Source of the DNA: Catajapyx aquilonaris
Taxonomy: Eukaryota
Reading direction: 5' to 3'
Assembly: GCA_000934665.2 (NCBI GenBank)
Contig: JYFJ02000887.1
Location: forward strand, 1-64,000
DNA: 64,000 nucleotides
The notes under the pieces were generated by a model that saw only the letters and a list, made by a program, of their open reading frames with translations, was not told the DNA's origin and ran no database searches. Positions 1 to 23,362 of the stretch are shown one piece after another (positions within the stretch are counted from its first letter, which is position 1; every line of letters starts with the position of its first letter). The position numbers and the translations under genes are program-made.

Positions 1-230
1 CATTTCACGGCACAGGGTTGCTGTGGTTGCTTCAGGGTTGATCTTCCCTGCACGACACTCTGTATGTGTGGCGGTTGTCAGGAGAGAAAGGATGGTGGTA
101 TGTAATGGTAAGTCATCTTCTAGCCAATGTAGAGGGAATCTGATGCAAACTTAATCAGGGGTGTGTGCAAGGATTATCGTTCGTGATTTTCGTCGTTCCG
201 TGGCGTCATTGTGTCGTTTTGCTGTCCGGA

Positions 231-523
231 ATGGACAGGTTTCCGTATTTAGCGGAAACGTGTCCATTCCGGAAAATTCCGGGTGGACTCGCTTTCATTT
301 CGCAGTATACCGCGAATGCATGACCTGTCCATATGTCCGTTCTTTAAAAAAATTCTGAATGGACAGGTTTCCGTTACACTCAGGGTCCGTTATGGACAGG
401 TTTCCGCTATATTCGACACGGAGTATACCGCGAATGGATGACCTGTCCACATGTCCGTTCTTTTAAAAAAATTCGGAATGGACAGGTTTCCGTTACACTC
501 AGGGTCCGTTATGGGCAGGTTTC
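231..523. repeat. Tandem repeat (~118-bp period) built on an ATGGACAGGTTTCCG core, with inverted copies of the core
   Basis: Unit starting AGTATACCGCGAATG at 304 recurs at 422. The core ATGGACAGGTTTCCG occurs at 231, 359, 392 and 478, with a variant at 511. The reverse complement ACCTGTCCA occurs inside each unit. Probably internal repeats of a transposon fragment. Confidence 0.8.
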
Positions 524-1779
524 ACTTGTAACGACCTGATTTTGCCAGAATTGAGTTTCTCGACCCTGAAAACATGGGAAATGACACCAGAATGACCACT
601 GTAGCCCAACAAGTACGCAGATAACACGCGATTTTCACTTATGCCACATATAAAACTTTGCGGGGGTGTACAACAATTACCAGACACTTTTGGAAGTGGC
701 TCCAACCCTCAAAATGCTCCTTATGGTGCGTACATCACGAAAAAAATTTAAAATCGCTTTTGGCTCGAAGTGCATAATACTTTTAATAAGCCGCCGTACT
801 AATATTATGGCCTGTGCATTTGGATATAGTAAGACAGACTGCGCCTTGAAGTCTTTTAGAGTTTTACTGTATATCCGGAGCTTGTGAAGGCTCATCCTTT
901 ATGACGCTTTGAGAAAACCCCCACAAAAATTAGAAAATTGAAAGGGGTGTAAAATGGGCCTTAGTTTGATGGTTTGATTTAAAGGAGCCTTCAGGAACCT
1001 AAGAACTAGCACTGTGGAGAAAGGTATGGCTGGCCAGATGAATATCTGGAGCGAGGTGGGCAAAATAACTGGTAAATATATTCCCTTTTCAATTGGTTTG
1101 TTCTTGATCTTGCAGGGTGAAGTGGCACCATTATCATAGCTTCATTGTCACCATTCTGAAGCGGATGTCTGTAGTTTTCTTATTTTTTGTGAGTAATTTA
1201 ATCACCACACCACGTGATCACACAATGTTCAAATTGAACTCGTGCCCGCGTAATTGATTTTATGACCCAGTGCCATGAACTGCATAAAATGCACAAATGG
1301 GACCGTGACTCTTTCCATGAATTCTTGTAAGCATGACTTGAGCTTGTATGTGTGTAGTTCCACTCGTTTCAAACGCGCGCCGAGTTGGGGTGCATTTCGT
1401 CCCCCTTGTCCCAAGATGAGATTGACCGACCTCAAGCAGCATTAATTATTACAACTGGAAGTGTCCCAGGGCGAGCATCAATATTATGGATGGATTGGTC
1501 TAGGAGGCCTCCACAGGCCAAGCGGATTGAACTGGGTCGTAATGAGGCCATTGATTTGGGGGTGCGAATGCGGCCATCCCCCTCCCCCGCTGCCTCCCCC
1601 CAACGTGACCAAACGGAAACAAGGGAGCATCGGCTGAATCGAGAGTTGTCTGCTGGTTGTCTCCAAGGTGACCCCGTTTTGTAGACACTTCATTCTTGCC
1701 AGAGAGTGACCATCCTCTGGGTTTGTTGGGGGCGCGAATTCTCACGCTTCCAGCCATTGGTGCGGTCTCAAATTCTCGT

Positions 1780-1890
1780 CAGCATTAACTTCCTTCCAGC
1801 TCCCCTCCCACCACCCAAGCAGCCACCCAACAAAATCTAATACGTAACCGCACCAAATCGTCGAGGCAGCTCTAAATTTACCAGGTAAGT
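1780..1890 (+). promoter_or_regulatory. Candidate non-coding 5' exon of Pfk ending in a consensus donor
   Basis: CAG|GTAAGT at 1882-1890 in a CpG-containing region. The Pfk ATG (3001) is preceded by an acceptor (CCCTAG, ends 2994), implying an upstream exon. TAA at 1873 closes the matching frame, so this would be UTR. The 5' boundary is a guess. Confidence 0.4.
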
Positions 1891-2596
1891 GAGCCTCCGT
1901 AAGGGCATCGCTGGTAGGTTACTCATGGTGCATGTGCCCATTCCTTCCTTTTCATATATCCTGCCGTACCCACTAGTAGTATCACACGCCCGCAACAGAC
2001 AGACCCAACTCTCCAAACCCCCAACCCAAGTAAACCGTTGCCAAGATGATCCCAGGACAACTTTCCCTCTACAACCTACCTGCCTGCTGCGGAGGATATG
2101 GGACATGCGTACCAACATGCCAAGGAAAATGTTGCGGAGAGGTACCAGGCAATGTTGCCTTTTGTGTTGGTGTCTGATGCATTATAACATAAGTAGGACT
2201 TGGATTACCCTTCAAGTACCTTGGCATTCAAATTGATTGGGGGGTCGGGGTTATAACATCAGAGACGACATAACTACAGTGCCAAAGCACCTTGCATGCG
2301 TAAGGGCTCCAGACAAAGTGAGGACAGAATGGCATCTGAGGTAGATTAGGGTACTGCAATAAGAAGCTTATTGGTTCAATGACAAAAAAATTGCCCACAC
2401 TGCTTCTCCTGCGTTTGGATCGGTTTAGTCTAATTAGGGCCCACCACATTAAAATGTTGTCATAGGGATGGTGGATTTTCTGGGCATGTTAGTGGAGGTG
2501 CCCAGGATGTATGTGCAGTTTGTAATTGAGTAGTGTTTGTTTATAAACTGAATGTAATTCATAGTAACATTTTCATTTTTTTTACTCATTTTAAAT

Positions 2597-2830
2597 CCGT
2601 GGTTCCCAACCTTTTTCGGGTAGCGACCACCTTTTATGATACTCTAAGTAACCTGCGACCCTCTCCTTCCGAGTGTTAGTAGGTGTTGAAAAAAACCTTC
2701 ACAATGGAATTTCCTATAAAAAAGTTATCATTTAAAAAATAATTTAGTGATTTTTTAATTTATAAATATTACCTCGGGCACGCACAACCCCCGAGAAAAG
2801 GCTTCGCGACCCCCAGGTTGGGAACCACTG
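2597..2830. mobile_element. hAT-type MITE (234 bp)
   Basis: TIRs CCGTGGTTCCCAACCT (2597) / AGGTTGGGAACCACTG (ends 2830). 8-bp TSD TTTTAAAT / CTTTAAAT (7/8). Confidence 0.85.
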
Positions 2831-3000
2831 CTTTAAATTATATTTATTGAATATTGCAAGCAACATGAGTGCATCATACTGAAGATGACCGCATACAGAA
2901 TAACGTGTAAGCTGTAGCATTTTAAATAGAGGGGACTTATAAAAATAAAGTGCCAGATCAGAGAAGTGTCTAATGCATGATCACGTTCCCCTAGAAAACG

Positions 3001-14838
<11,838 letters not shown>

Positions 14839-15240
14839 AGTCACAGTGTTCTAATAGGATCATCATGAGGTAGTCTGAAGAGGGTTGCTCTCTCTCTATA
14901 AAACATCATACAGTATTTGTAGATCAAAATTGTTGTAGTGATTCTTCTAATATAAAGTACCGGTTGCTCTGTGAATTCTCGTATGTGCTGTTCTTTTTTC
15001 AAGTTTCTCCATACCTGGGTCACGTTCTTATGGGTAACTAAGATTTGCAACAGATTACAGCCATATCTCACAAGGAAAGGTCACCACATGTAAATGAAGT
15101 TACTGAATGGCATGTATGTGGCACAATAATAGAGGTAGATAAGTCATTCACCAAAATGCAATCCGTTTCTCCAGTGCGATACAGGACAAGGTCAAAAGAT
15201 ATGACCTCTCATTTAGGTAAGTTGTCCAGACTTACCTAAA

Positions 15241-15502
15241 TGGGAAAGGTAAAAGCACTTGCACATGAAAAGAAGCATCGCAAATTAGGACCTATTAATG
15301 TTTTGAATCATGTATGAACTAAACTAAGCTCATATGTACAATGATCACATCTAAATGATAAGTTCGTGCATTGCAGACAGGTATCACTTGCACTACCAAT
15401 CCGGTCAAAGCAGTAGCCTACTCGGAAGGTGTTTGGTACACATCAAGCCTAATTTCCAAGTATGATGCTTCTGTTCATCAGCAAGTGCTTTTACCCTTCC
15501 CA
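15241..15502. repeat. Imperfect inverted repeat (degenerate MITE) in the probable Pfk 3' UTR
   Basis: TGGGAAAGGTAAAAGCACTTGC (15241) vs GCAAGTGCTTTTACCCTTCCCA (15481-15502), 21/22. Similarity extends inward (AGAAGCATC/GATGCTTCT, AATTAGG/CCTAATT). Confidence 0.7.
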
Positions 15503-15736
15503 CTTGCGACAAATTAGGGAACTTGATTTTTGACACTGGATGTAATAACAGACACCAGTTTATAAATTTTTCAACAGTATAAGCTAAATATTTGAGGCCT
15601 ATTGAGCAAGTAATTTGAGAGAGAAAAAAGTTGTTTTTTAAAATAATTTGGAAGCGATTTTTCCAACAATGGCTGAGATCTAGCAGTTCTGGTATGTCTC
15701 ATTGTAATCAACGTAATTAGCCCTTTCCAGTGATGT

Positions 15737-15742
15737 AATAAA
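15737..15742 (+). terminator. Candidate Pfk polyadenylation signal
   Basis: AATAAA about 900 nt after the stop, followed by T/GT-rich sequence, just before the transposon stack begins. Confidence 0.4.
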
Positions 15743-15851
15743 CTGTCTGCTTTTTTGAGTGCGATATCTGAAACTTCGGTTAGGAAAAATTCTGAACCCA
15801 ATGCCTACTGACACATTGCAGTACAGTATAGTATATTATAGGCCTACTATA

Positions 15852-16184
15852 ATATAATCCGGGGTAGTGCTAGACCTCATCCGAGGTATGCAGCACGGAC
15901 ATTTATTTATTATATCAAGTACATTTGAGCCTTTTTACGTAGCGCCCGGGCCCACGGGCAGGATGACAGGAGGGGATATGTGCAAGGTGTGCAATGTCTT
16001 AAACGTGGCCATTTTTAGTGAACTCCCCCGGGTGGTTTAGTCTCTGGAAATACCACCCGAGACGAAGCCAGAGGTGACCCTGAACTCTGCACGAGATGAA
16101 GGGGGTGTCCCCGGGTTGGGATCGAACCCGGGACCTTAATATCCGTGGGTGCATACGTTACCGCAGCACCACTCCGCCTCCCCA
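15852..16184 (-). mobile_element. tRNA-derived SINE (family copy 1)
   Basis: Minus-strand head GGGGAGGCGGAGTGGTGCTGCGGTAACG...GGTTCGATCCC. 14-bp TSD ATAGGCCTACTATA at 15838-15851 and 16185-16198. Confidence 0.85.
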
Positions 16185-16483
16185 ATAGGCCTACTATACG
16201 AGTACATTACTATAATATAATTATTATGGGCCGTATTCAGAGTCGTTCGCTAATGCAGCGCAAAAGTCCACTCTAACTAGTGCGACGCTAGGTCCGCATT
16301 AGCGCCACACGAGTTGCTCCCATTATTCAGAGTCGCCTCACTGCCTGCTTTGAGCGGTGCACTAGGTTCGAACACTGTACTAGCGAGACGCGGTGTTGCC
16401 ACGATTTCACAGTCAGGTTTTCGGACACCGTCTGGGCGATAAATGGGCTTTTAAATATTGATGCATGTCTTTTTCGATTTTAA

Positions 16484-17570
16484 TCTCTAATCTCTAATTC
16501 TATAAATAAGGAAGCTTGATTGTTAGTTTGTGAGTTTGTGAGTTTGTTTGTCCCTTATAGAAATCCAGGTGAAGGCCCCTACACCGCCTTATTAGCATAT
16601 CGGGGGTTACTTTTTCCAAGGAATCTAACGCCGCATGAAACATGCCTAACTCCCACAACACGCATATTCCTGCCTCAACAATTAGCTTACCGGTACATCA
16701 ATAACAATAAATCAATTTGCATTCCCATGGAAATGCCTCTCTCTTTTTTAGCTATTTACCTCCCTGCATCGTACCGCAGGGAGGGAACCTTTATTTCGTC
16801 TTGATGGAACCTTTTTGACGTAGCGCCCGGGCCCTCGGGCAGGGTGACTGGGAGGGGATGAGCAAGGTGCAAGTGCAATTCTCAAAGGGTACATATTTTG
16901 AACCCCCCCGGGTGGATTAGTCTGAGGAAATTCCACCCGAAGCGAAGCCAGAGACGACCCAACTCTGCACGGGATGAAGGAGGGAACCCCGGGCTGGGAT
17001 CGAACCCGGAACCTTAACATCCGTGGGAGCATACGTTTCTGCAGCGCCACTTTGTCTCCCCTAGGAAATGCCCTTATGCCACAATACCTAGCAAATTAAA
17101 CCATCTCCGTAAATCCAGCGCATCCACCAATTGCGCTAATTGGCCACCTCACGTGACTTCGTATCTTACGGTAATTCCGGGATTTTGTGGGATTTGAAAG
17201 TAGACTTCCAGACAAAAGCAAATACAATTAAATAATACAGTATTTGCAAAATATTACTCCGTGTTGAAAACAAAATTTCCCATCATACATCTGTACGTAC
17301 ATTTCTAAAGTTATTCAGAGCAAACATGGAACGAGGTGGGGGTGTGAAGTGGGGTTGGGGGGTCAAGGGGTCAAAAATGCAGGGGAAAAAACACATGGCT
17401 GTGCAGTCTTTTCCTGGGCCAACTCCATCCGCATACCTCCTTTTACACATCCAATCAGAATATCCGTGTCGACTGTACGCTATAAGACAAGCAGATAATC
17501 TATCACAGATATGTACCCCTATCTTTACCAGCACCCCAACATACCCGGGCAACGCCGGGTAACCTGCTAG
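16484..17570 (+). mobile_element. Non-autonomous Helitron-like element
   Basis: 5' A|TC start followed by a GTTTGT-type microsatellite (~16525-16550). 3' hairpin ACCCGGGCAACGCCGGGT (17543-17560), then CTAG|T at 17567-17571. Confidence 0.7.
16738..17063 (-). mobile_element. tRNA-derived SINE (family copy 2) inserted in the Helitron-like element
   Basis: Homologous to 15945-16184 (ACGTAGCGCCCGGGCC...GGGATCGAACCCGG). TSD GGAAATGCC at 16729-16737 and 17064-17072. Confidence 0.85.
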
Positions 17571-17581
17571 TGTAGTATATA

Positions 17582-18420
17582 CAGGGTGGTCCAACTTTTT
17601 TGTCCGAACAGCTATTGACAAATTCGGCCTAAGCTGCTTATGTTGTAGTGCGTTACCTGGCAACCCCGGCCAACGGGCCAATTCAAACATCAGCCCATGA
17701 AGAGCGCTTCCATTGTTGCCACTGTTTACAAATCGAGTGAGTGACCCCAAAATGACTTATTGCTTCTAACATAATTATTTTCCCCGTTTTCTCCTGCATA
17801 TCACTGCAGATAATAGGCGTATTCGGCAATTCAGGAATCTGACTTCCTGGGCAGTTTGGATGTTCGGCAAATCAGGTGCCACGCCCCCTGAAGTAAGTGC
17901 GCATGCGCCCTACCTGACTTCCCAAGCTCAGGAACTTAGTGTACTCCTGACCTGACTTACTTGCTGAGAAACAATTAACAAACAAATTATTGTTATGGAT
18001 GCAGCAGTGTTGCCAATGCGAAATGCCCAAAAACCCCGCGAGAGGACCTGAAAATACCCGATTTTACCCGCATTTTCATTTTACCCGCACCATTACCCGC
18101 AAGCGTCCGAAATACGGCACCGAAATACCCGAACATTGGCATATCACTGGGGGGCTAACAACTCAGATATCACGTGACGCATCTCAGAATCATCTGAATT
18201 GCCGAATACGCCTACTGTGTAAGCAGGCAGAAGAGACCCGTCGCTGGGTCGTCCGCGTCACTCACTCGATTTGTAAACAGTGGCAACAATGGAAGCGCTC
18301 TTCATGGGCTGATGTTTGAATTGGCCCGTTGGCCGGGGTTGCCAGGTAACGCACTACAACATAAGCAGCTTAGGCCGAATTTGTCAATAGCTGTTCGGAC
18401 AAAAAAGTTGGACCACCCTG
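17582..18420. mobile_element. Tc1/mariner-type MITE with 164-bp TIRs, carrying nested smaller TIR elements
   Basis: TA|CAGGGTGGTCCAAC... (17582-17745) is the reverse complement of 18257-18420. Nested GGCGTATTCGGCAATTCAG / CTGAATTGCCGAATACGCC (17816-18212) and CAGTGTTGCCAATG / CATTGGCATATCACTG (18005-18149). Confidence 0.9.
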
Positions 18421-19044
18421 TATACGAAGGGCCCTCGTGTAAAAGGTTCACAGCAGTGCATGTTTATTTGGTTGCCTGGTTACATGACAAGTGGCAGTAG
18501 GTGATGTGTCGAAATGTAGACTGTGCGTGTGGTGGGGAGTGATGTGGAGTGATGACTTGGCCGGGTGCACTGCCGTGCACCTTGCACCTTGATAGTGTAC
18601 TGTACTGTATCAAGAGCTAATAACTGCTCTTGACTGTATGTAGGACTACAGGCCATCCAGACACATTGCAGATTGCTGCCAGCTCCACCCACTTAACTGT
18701 ACCATGTGACAAAAAGCCAAATTAAAATTTCCATGCCACACCAACATGAACGTCAAAATTATTTGTAAAAGAAATGCACGACACTAAAGCTGTCACTTGG
18801 ACATAATTATGCAAACAAATCATTTTTGGGTACCTGGTGGTACACATGGTTCTTGCAAGGGGCTCCCTTGCAGGAGTATGACACGTGCCCACCACTTCAA
18901 CAATGTCAGATAAAAAATTTTCTGCTACTGCATCGGTGAATTATCCAGACACCTTACAATCAGCATCATCATTGCTTGCCCTTCTTATCATCTCCAAGCT
19001 GCGCAACCTAACCTGCCACCAACCAACCATGCTGCTGTACCTTA

Positions 19045-19400
19045 CAAGGGAACGACCAAGGTCGGTTGCCTCCGATTTGGTTGATACTCTCTTGCGGGGT
19101 CACTCATGGTGATAGACACAGTTGTGAAAGTCCTAGATGTCACTGTCCAGCCGTTTCAGAGAGATGAGCACAAAATATCGGAATTTTGGCTGCACTTACA
19201 GGTGTATGGCAGGAAGGGACAAGTGCAAGGCCGGCAAGGCCCCTACACGTGCTGCCAAAATTCAGTTTTTTTTGTGCTCATATCTCGGAAACGGCTGGAC
19301 AGTGGCATCTAGGACCGTCATCACCGTGTCTATCGTACACAAGTGACCCCTCAGCCGGTTTCAACCAAATCGGAGGCGGCCGACCTTGGTCGTTCCCTTG
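19045..19400. mobile_element. MITE with ~40-bp TIRs and TTA TSD
   Basis: TTA|CAAGGGAACGACCAAGGTCGG...CTCCGATTTGGTTGA and TCAACCAAATCGGAGG...CCGACCTTGGTCGTTCCCTTG|TTA. A 3-bp TWA target suggests PIF/Harbinger. Confidence 0.8.
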
Positions 19401-19626
19401 TTAGTTCCAGTCGTGTTGGGCAGTGTAGGTATGTTTGCTTTCTGTCATCACAACTTACCTGCATACAGCACACTCCAATTGAATTTGCAGGATTCCTCTG
19501 CAAATGAAGGTGAATCTCAAGAACCACTACTAGGCATTACCAGTAGTAGTATGGATTACATGTACTATACTAGAAATAATCATTGCTATTTAAGCCCACT
19601 GTTTTTTTTTCTTCATTTGCACAAAA

Positions 19627-19632
19627 TTTATT
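19627..19632 (-). terminator. Candidate taiman polyadenylation signal
   Basis: TTTATT on + (AATAAA on -) about 1.1 kb past the taiman stop, close to the intergenic transposon stack. Confidence 0.45.
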
Positions 19633-20768
19633 ATTATACAGAGGTCTGTATGTATAAACAAAGAGCCCCTTTCTCGGAGATAGTCCGAAGGGCTTTCTCA
19701 ACAATCTCCTCTCTAGCCCTCTCCCTCATAATTCTTTCCTCTTGTTCTCTCCCACACTCACTCGCTCCCTCTCCCATCTATTGTGCTGTCAGCCTCGACT
19801 TAGGTTTTCTGCCCCGCACGTTCCTCGCCCATTTATATATATATATACTTTTCCATCAGGGATACGTGTCCTGGATGAGGTCAAACAGTGCAGAAACGAG
19901 GTCACAGACTTCCTTTCAGGGAGGCTCGTCAGGAGCGTTGAGGCAGAGGAGATGGAGGAGGAGGTGGAGGCAAGGGGACAAAAAATCTCTCTCGCTTGCT
20001 ATGTACAATCGAGGCGCCAACATGGTTCAGTTCACTTCATATATGTGGGGAGGGGGGCTTGGGACATGCAGTAATCTTGCAGGGGGTGGGGTGGGGGGTG
20101 GGGGGGNTCAGGTTAGGACCTACATCCATCTGGGGGGTTTCAGGCAGGTTTGTGGGAAGGTGGGTTGGGTATTGGGGGGGATGTAATCTTTAAGAGGAAC
20201 TTTTGCAGATGTCTCTGGGAAGGAGGGGGGGTCAAAGGAAGGGGTGCATGGGAGATCTATGGGGTACAAAAATACGTTGTTGACTGTACATCTGTGACGG
20301 GCGCAATGTCGTCAGGAGGACTTTTCTTTAAATTTCTCTGTGGGAAGGAGGGATGAAGGAAAACAACAGATAATGGGACAACAACTTCAAGGAGGGGGTT
20401 GCAACATGGAGGAATCAGGACAATGGGGAGGATGAGGGAAAGGTGGGGGATGGTTGGCAGTGTGGGAGTGAATGCCTTTTTTTACAATATACTTTTTAAA
20501 ACCATCAAAGTTCCAGCAAGTGCATCATCTGCAATGCAGGGAAGCATTTTTTTAAAGGATAGGGAGGGGGAAGATAAGGCTAATGTGTAACGTGGGATAT
20601 AAGGGGGTGGGAAGGTAAAAGGGTTTATCTTTGTCTCTCTCTCTCTTTTTTTTATGTTTTTGTTTTACTTTAAAAAAAAAAAGCTTTGTATTTTCTGTTA
20701 TATATAGTTATACCAACAGTGAGACACACGAGGGAAGGGGAATCTTGGGGAGTAAACACACGGCATCA

Positions 20769-23303
20769 TCACTCAGACAGCAGCTTCTGCAGCAGTGAGG
20801 ACTTCTGGTCAGCTGGTGGACGCAGGGGGTGTGGCGGGTGGGGGGGTGTGTCCTCCGCCACCACCTGGAAATAGTCCTGCGGTGAGGCCACCGCAGTCTT
20901 CATGGTCCATTGCTGTTGGCGTCTCTGCTGGCCAGAAGATGTGGCTGGAGTCGCCGACAAACTCACCCTCGGCGAAGAGGACATTCCTCCTTGCTGCTGA
21001 GACTGTGATTGCTGTTGCTGCTGCTGCTGCGAAGAGCCAAGGGTCATCTGTGGACTCGATGTCAATTCCGGACTCAGGCTGCCCCACAGCTTCTGTCCAT
21101 CATTTGAGCCTGCAAGTAATATTACAATGGTTAAACTTCCCATACATATGAATGCTGCAGCAGTTACAAGAATCTCTCTCACATCAAAGCAGAGGTCAAG
21201 GTAACTCAGTGACCACACAAACCTGCTGAAGACAGATCAAAGAGGCCTAAGGCTTCCAGGTCAGGCTGCGAGGGCGTGTGTGGAGCTTGCTGCTGTTGGG
21301 ACTGCTGCTGCGATGAGGCCAAGGATTGGTGGGTAAGTCCCTGCTGCTGCTGCTGCTGTTGTTGTTGCGCATGTTGTCCTGCCTGCCCCTGTCCTGTGAC
21401 TTGAGACTGCCCCTGCCCAGGTTGCTGGGGAGGGGGCTGCCCTTGATGCTGCTGCTGGGCCCTGGCCCCTACCCTCGCCCTCAGCTCCTGCAGCACGTAG
21501 TCCGAGGGCATTCCATTCCCTCCTGCCAATGCCCACGGCAAGTCGGTTAGACATCCGCTTCGCCCTTTAGGACAAAATCCGGGACTCTAACTACTCGGGC
21601 TCTCTCTCGCTCTTTCTCCCTCACACACACATAGGATTGACTGTTAGTGAAGGATACTGGGGATTCTAAGGGCACTGAGGCCTTAGAAGGTGAAGGGAAG
21701 GTTGTAAATAAAGACAACTGTACAATGGCTGGCAATCCAATATGTTTGAATTACCAGCCAAATGAAAAAAATATGACACATGAGCTGGACACTGTCAGGC
21801 AAAGACTCGAACCAGGGAACAGATGACTACCTATTTAACATGTCCAACACATGAAGCCACTAACTCATAAGATTAAGACCCTGGGACAAGTGAGCACAAT
21901 GAGGGAAAGCACAAGCACACAAAAACAGTTAAAAGCAAAAGCCCCAACAGGGAGGAGAAATTGCTCCAGATCCATCAATCCACAAAATACCATCTAATGC
22001 CAATCGCAAAGAAGAGATTCACAACTAAGACATGAACAATGTCCGCAGGGTCACTTTGTCAGGCACTGCTTGGTTTGTGAGAAACCTTCAGCATGTTAGA
22101 GGCATCAAGCAAGTGGTTCTTGTGACACAAGTGTGACCCTGCAGGCCTTGCCTTAAGAGTCAAAAACCAGATTCACTCGATGTCTCCGTTGGGAGTGGGC
22201 TGCAACAGAACCCACACCGGGGCTATTAATGCACAGAGTAGGAAAAAATGAATTAATCCACTGATCCATGTGCATCTGCTATCATCGACATTTTTTCAAA
22301 AATTCAGTTTGGTATTCCGTGAACAAAATGGGAAAGAGAAGGGAAGAAAATATCTCATTATGAATCATTGCTTCATAATGACATGATAGAATTCCAGCAC
22401 TTTTGACTGCCACAGAGGGACAAACAGTAACTGACTCCACAAATGATACTGAATGTAATCCAAGAAATAACTTTAAGGAGAGGGAAAAACAGTCCCGGAA
22501 CACATACACACGTGCAATTGGTGGCTAATGAAAGCAAGCAGTATCATGAGAAAATATAACAAGGTAGAAAAACAACGTGGTAAAAAAAATAAAATCTAAT
22601 GGTGACAACAAAACAGGACATGCCCACAAGTGCAGTTGACAAACACACAAATTACAAACATAAAAAGTCGAGGAAAAGATATTCAAATCAAAGTGAAAAA
22701 GTGCATGCTTTTTTGGTGGAACTAAAGAGTGTGAGTTAAGGTGCCGTCCTTTCTTTACATGTTGACATTTGCAAACCTCCATGAGGTGAAACAAGTTTGT
22801 GCAAACACTTCTTCTTCTCCTCAAGTTCCATCCAAGTGCGTGCGTTTTGCTTGTGAAGTGTAGGAGGTTGAGGATATGGGCCAGGGGAGATGATGGTTGC
22901 AGAAACAGGTGGCAGGAGGATCTAGTCCAGGATTGCGGGAATAATAACACCTTTGCAAATGAATGGAGGTGGGGTGGCTATTGGAGATGGCCCAAAGTTC
23001 AGACCAATCATTAAAATGCAATATGCCATTCAAGAGCTTCATAGTGGATCTTTTAACAACCACCCTTGGGCCATTCTCCTTATTTCCACATTTCTTTCCA
23101 CAGAACGTTGGAAATTTTGTGAGAGTGCAGGTTATAACAACTGTGACGTGTGTTGTGACAAGTGTTAGAAGTGGTTTACCACAAGGTGCGAAAAAGATAG
23201 GTGGAGGACTCTTCCTTCTTTCCTGCCCTTCAAGGTGAGGAAGTTGGGACTAAGGAAGACAAAGAGAAGAGATTGAGAAGCCCATAGGGACTTGGCCCAA
23301 TTT

Positions 23304-23362
<59 letters not shown>

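Noticed and set aside
231..523. Repeated 15-mer with variable spacers, superficially CRISPR-like
   Set aside because: Spacers are themselves duplicated, the context is eukaryotic, and no cas genes are present.
1385..1684. 99-aa ORF as a possible Pfk N-terminal extension
   Set aside because: Non-ATG start, ends in a stop, and has no in-frame splice path to the acceptor at 2994.
19386..20186. 266-aa plus-strand ORF
   Set aside because: Low complexity, starts inside a MITE TIR, lies antisense to the taiman 3' UTR, and has no recognisable domain.
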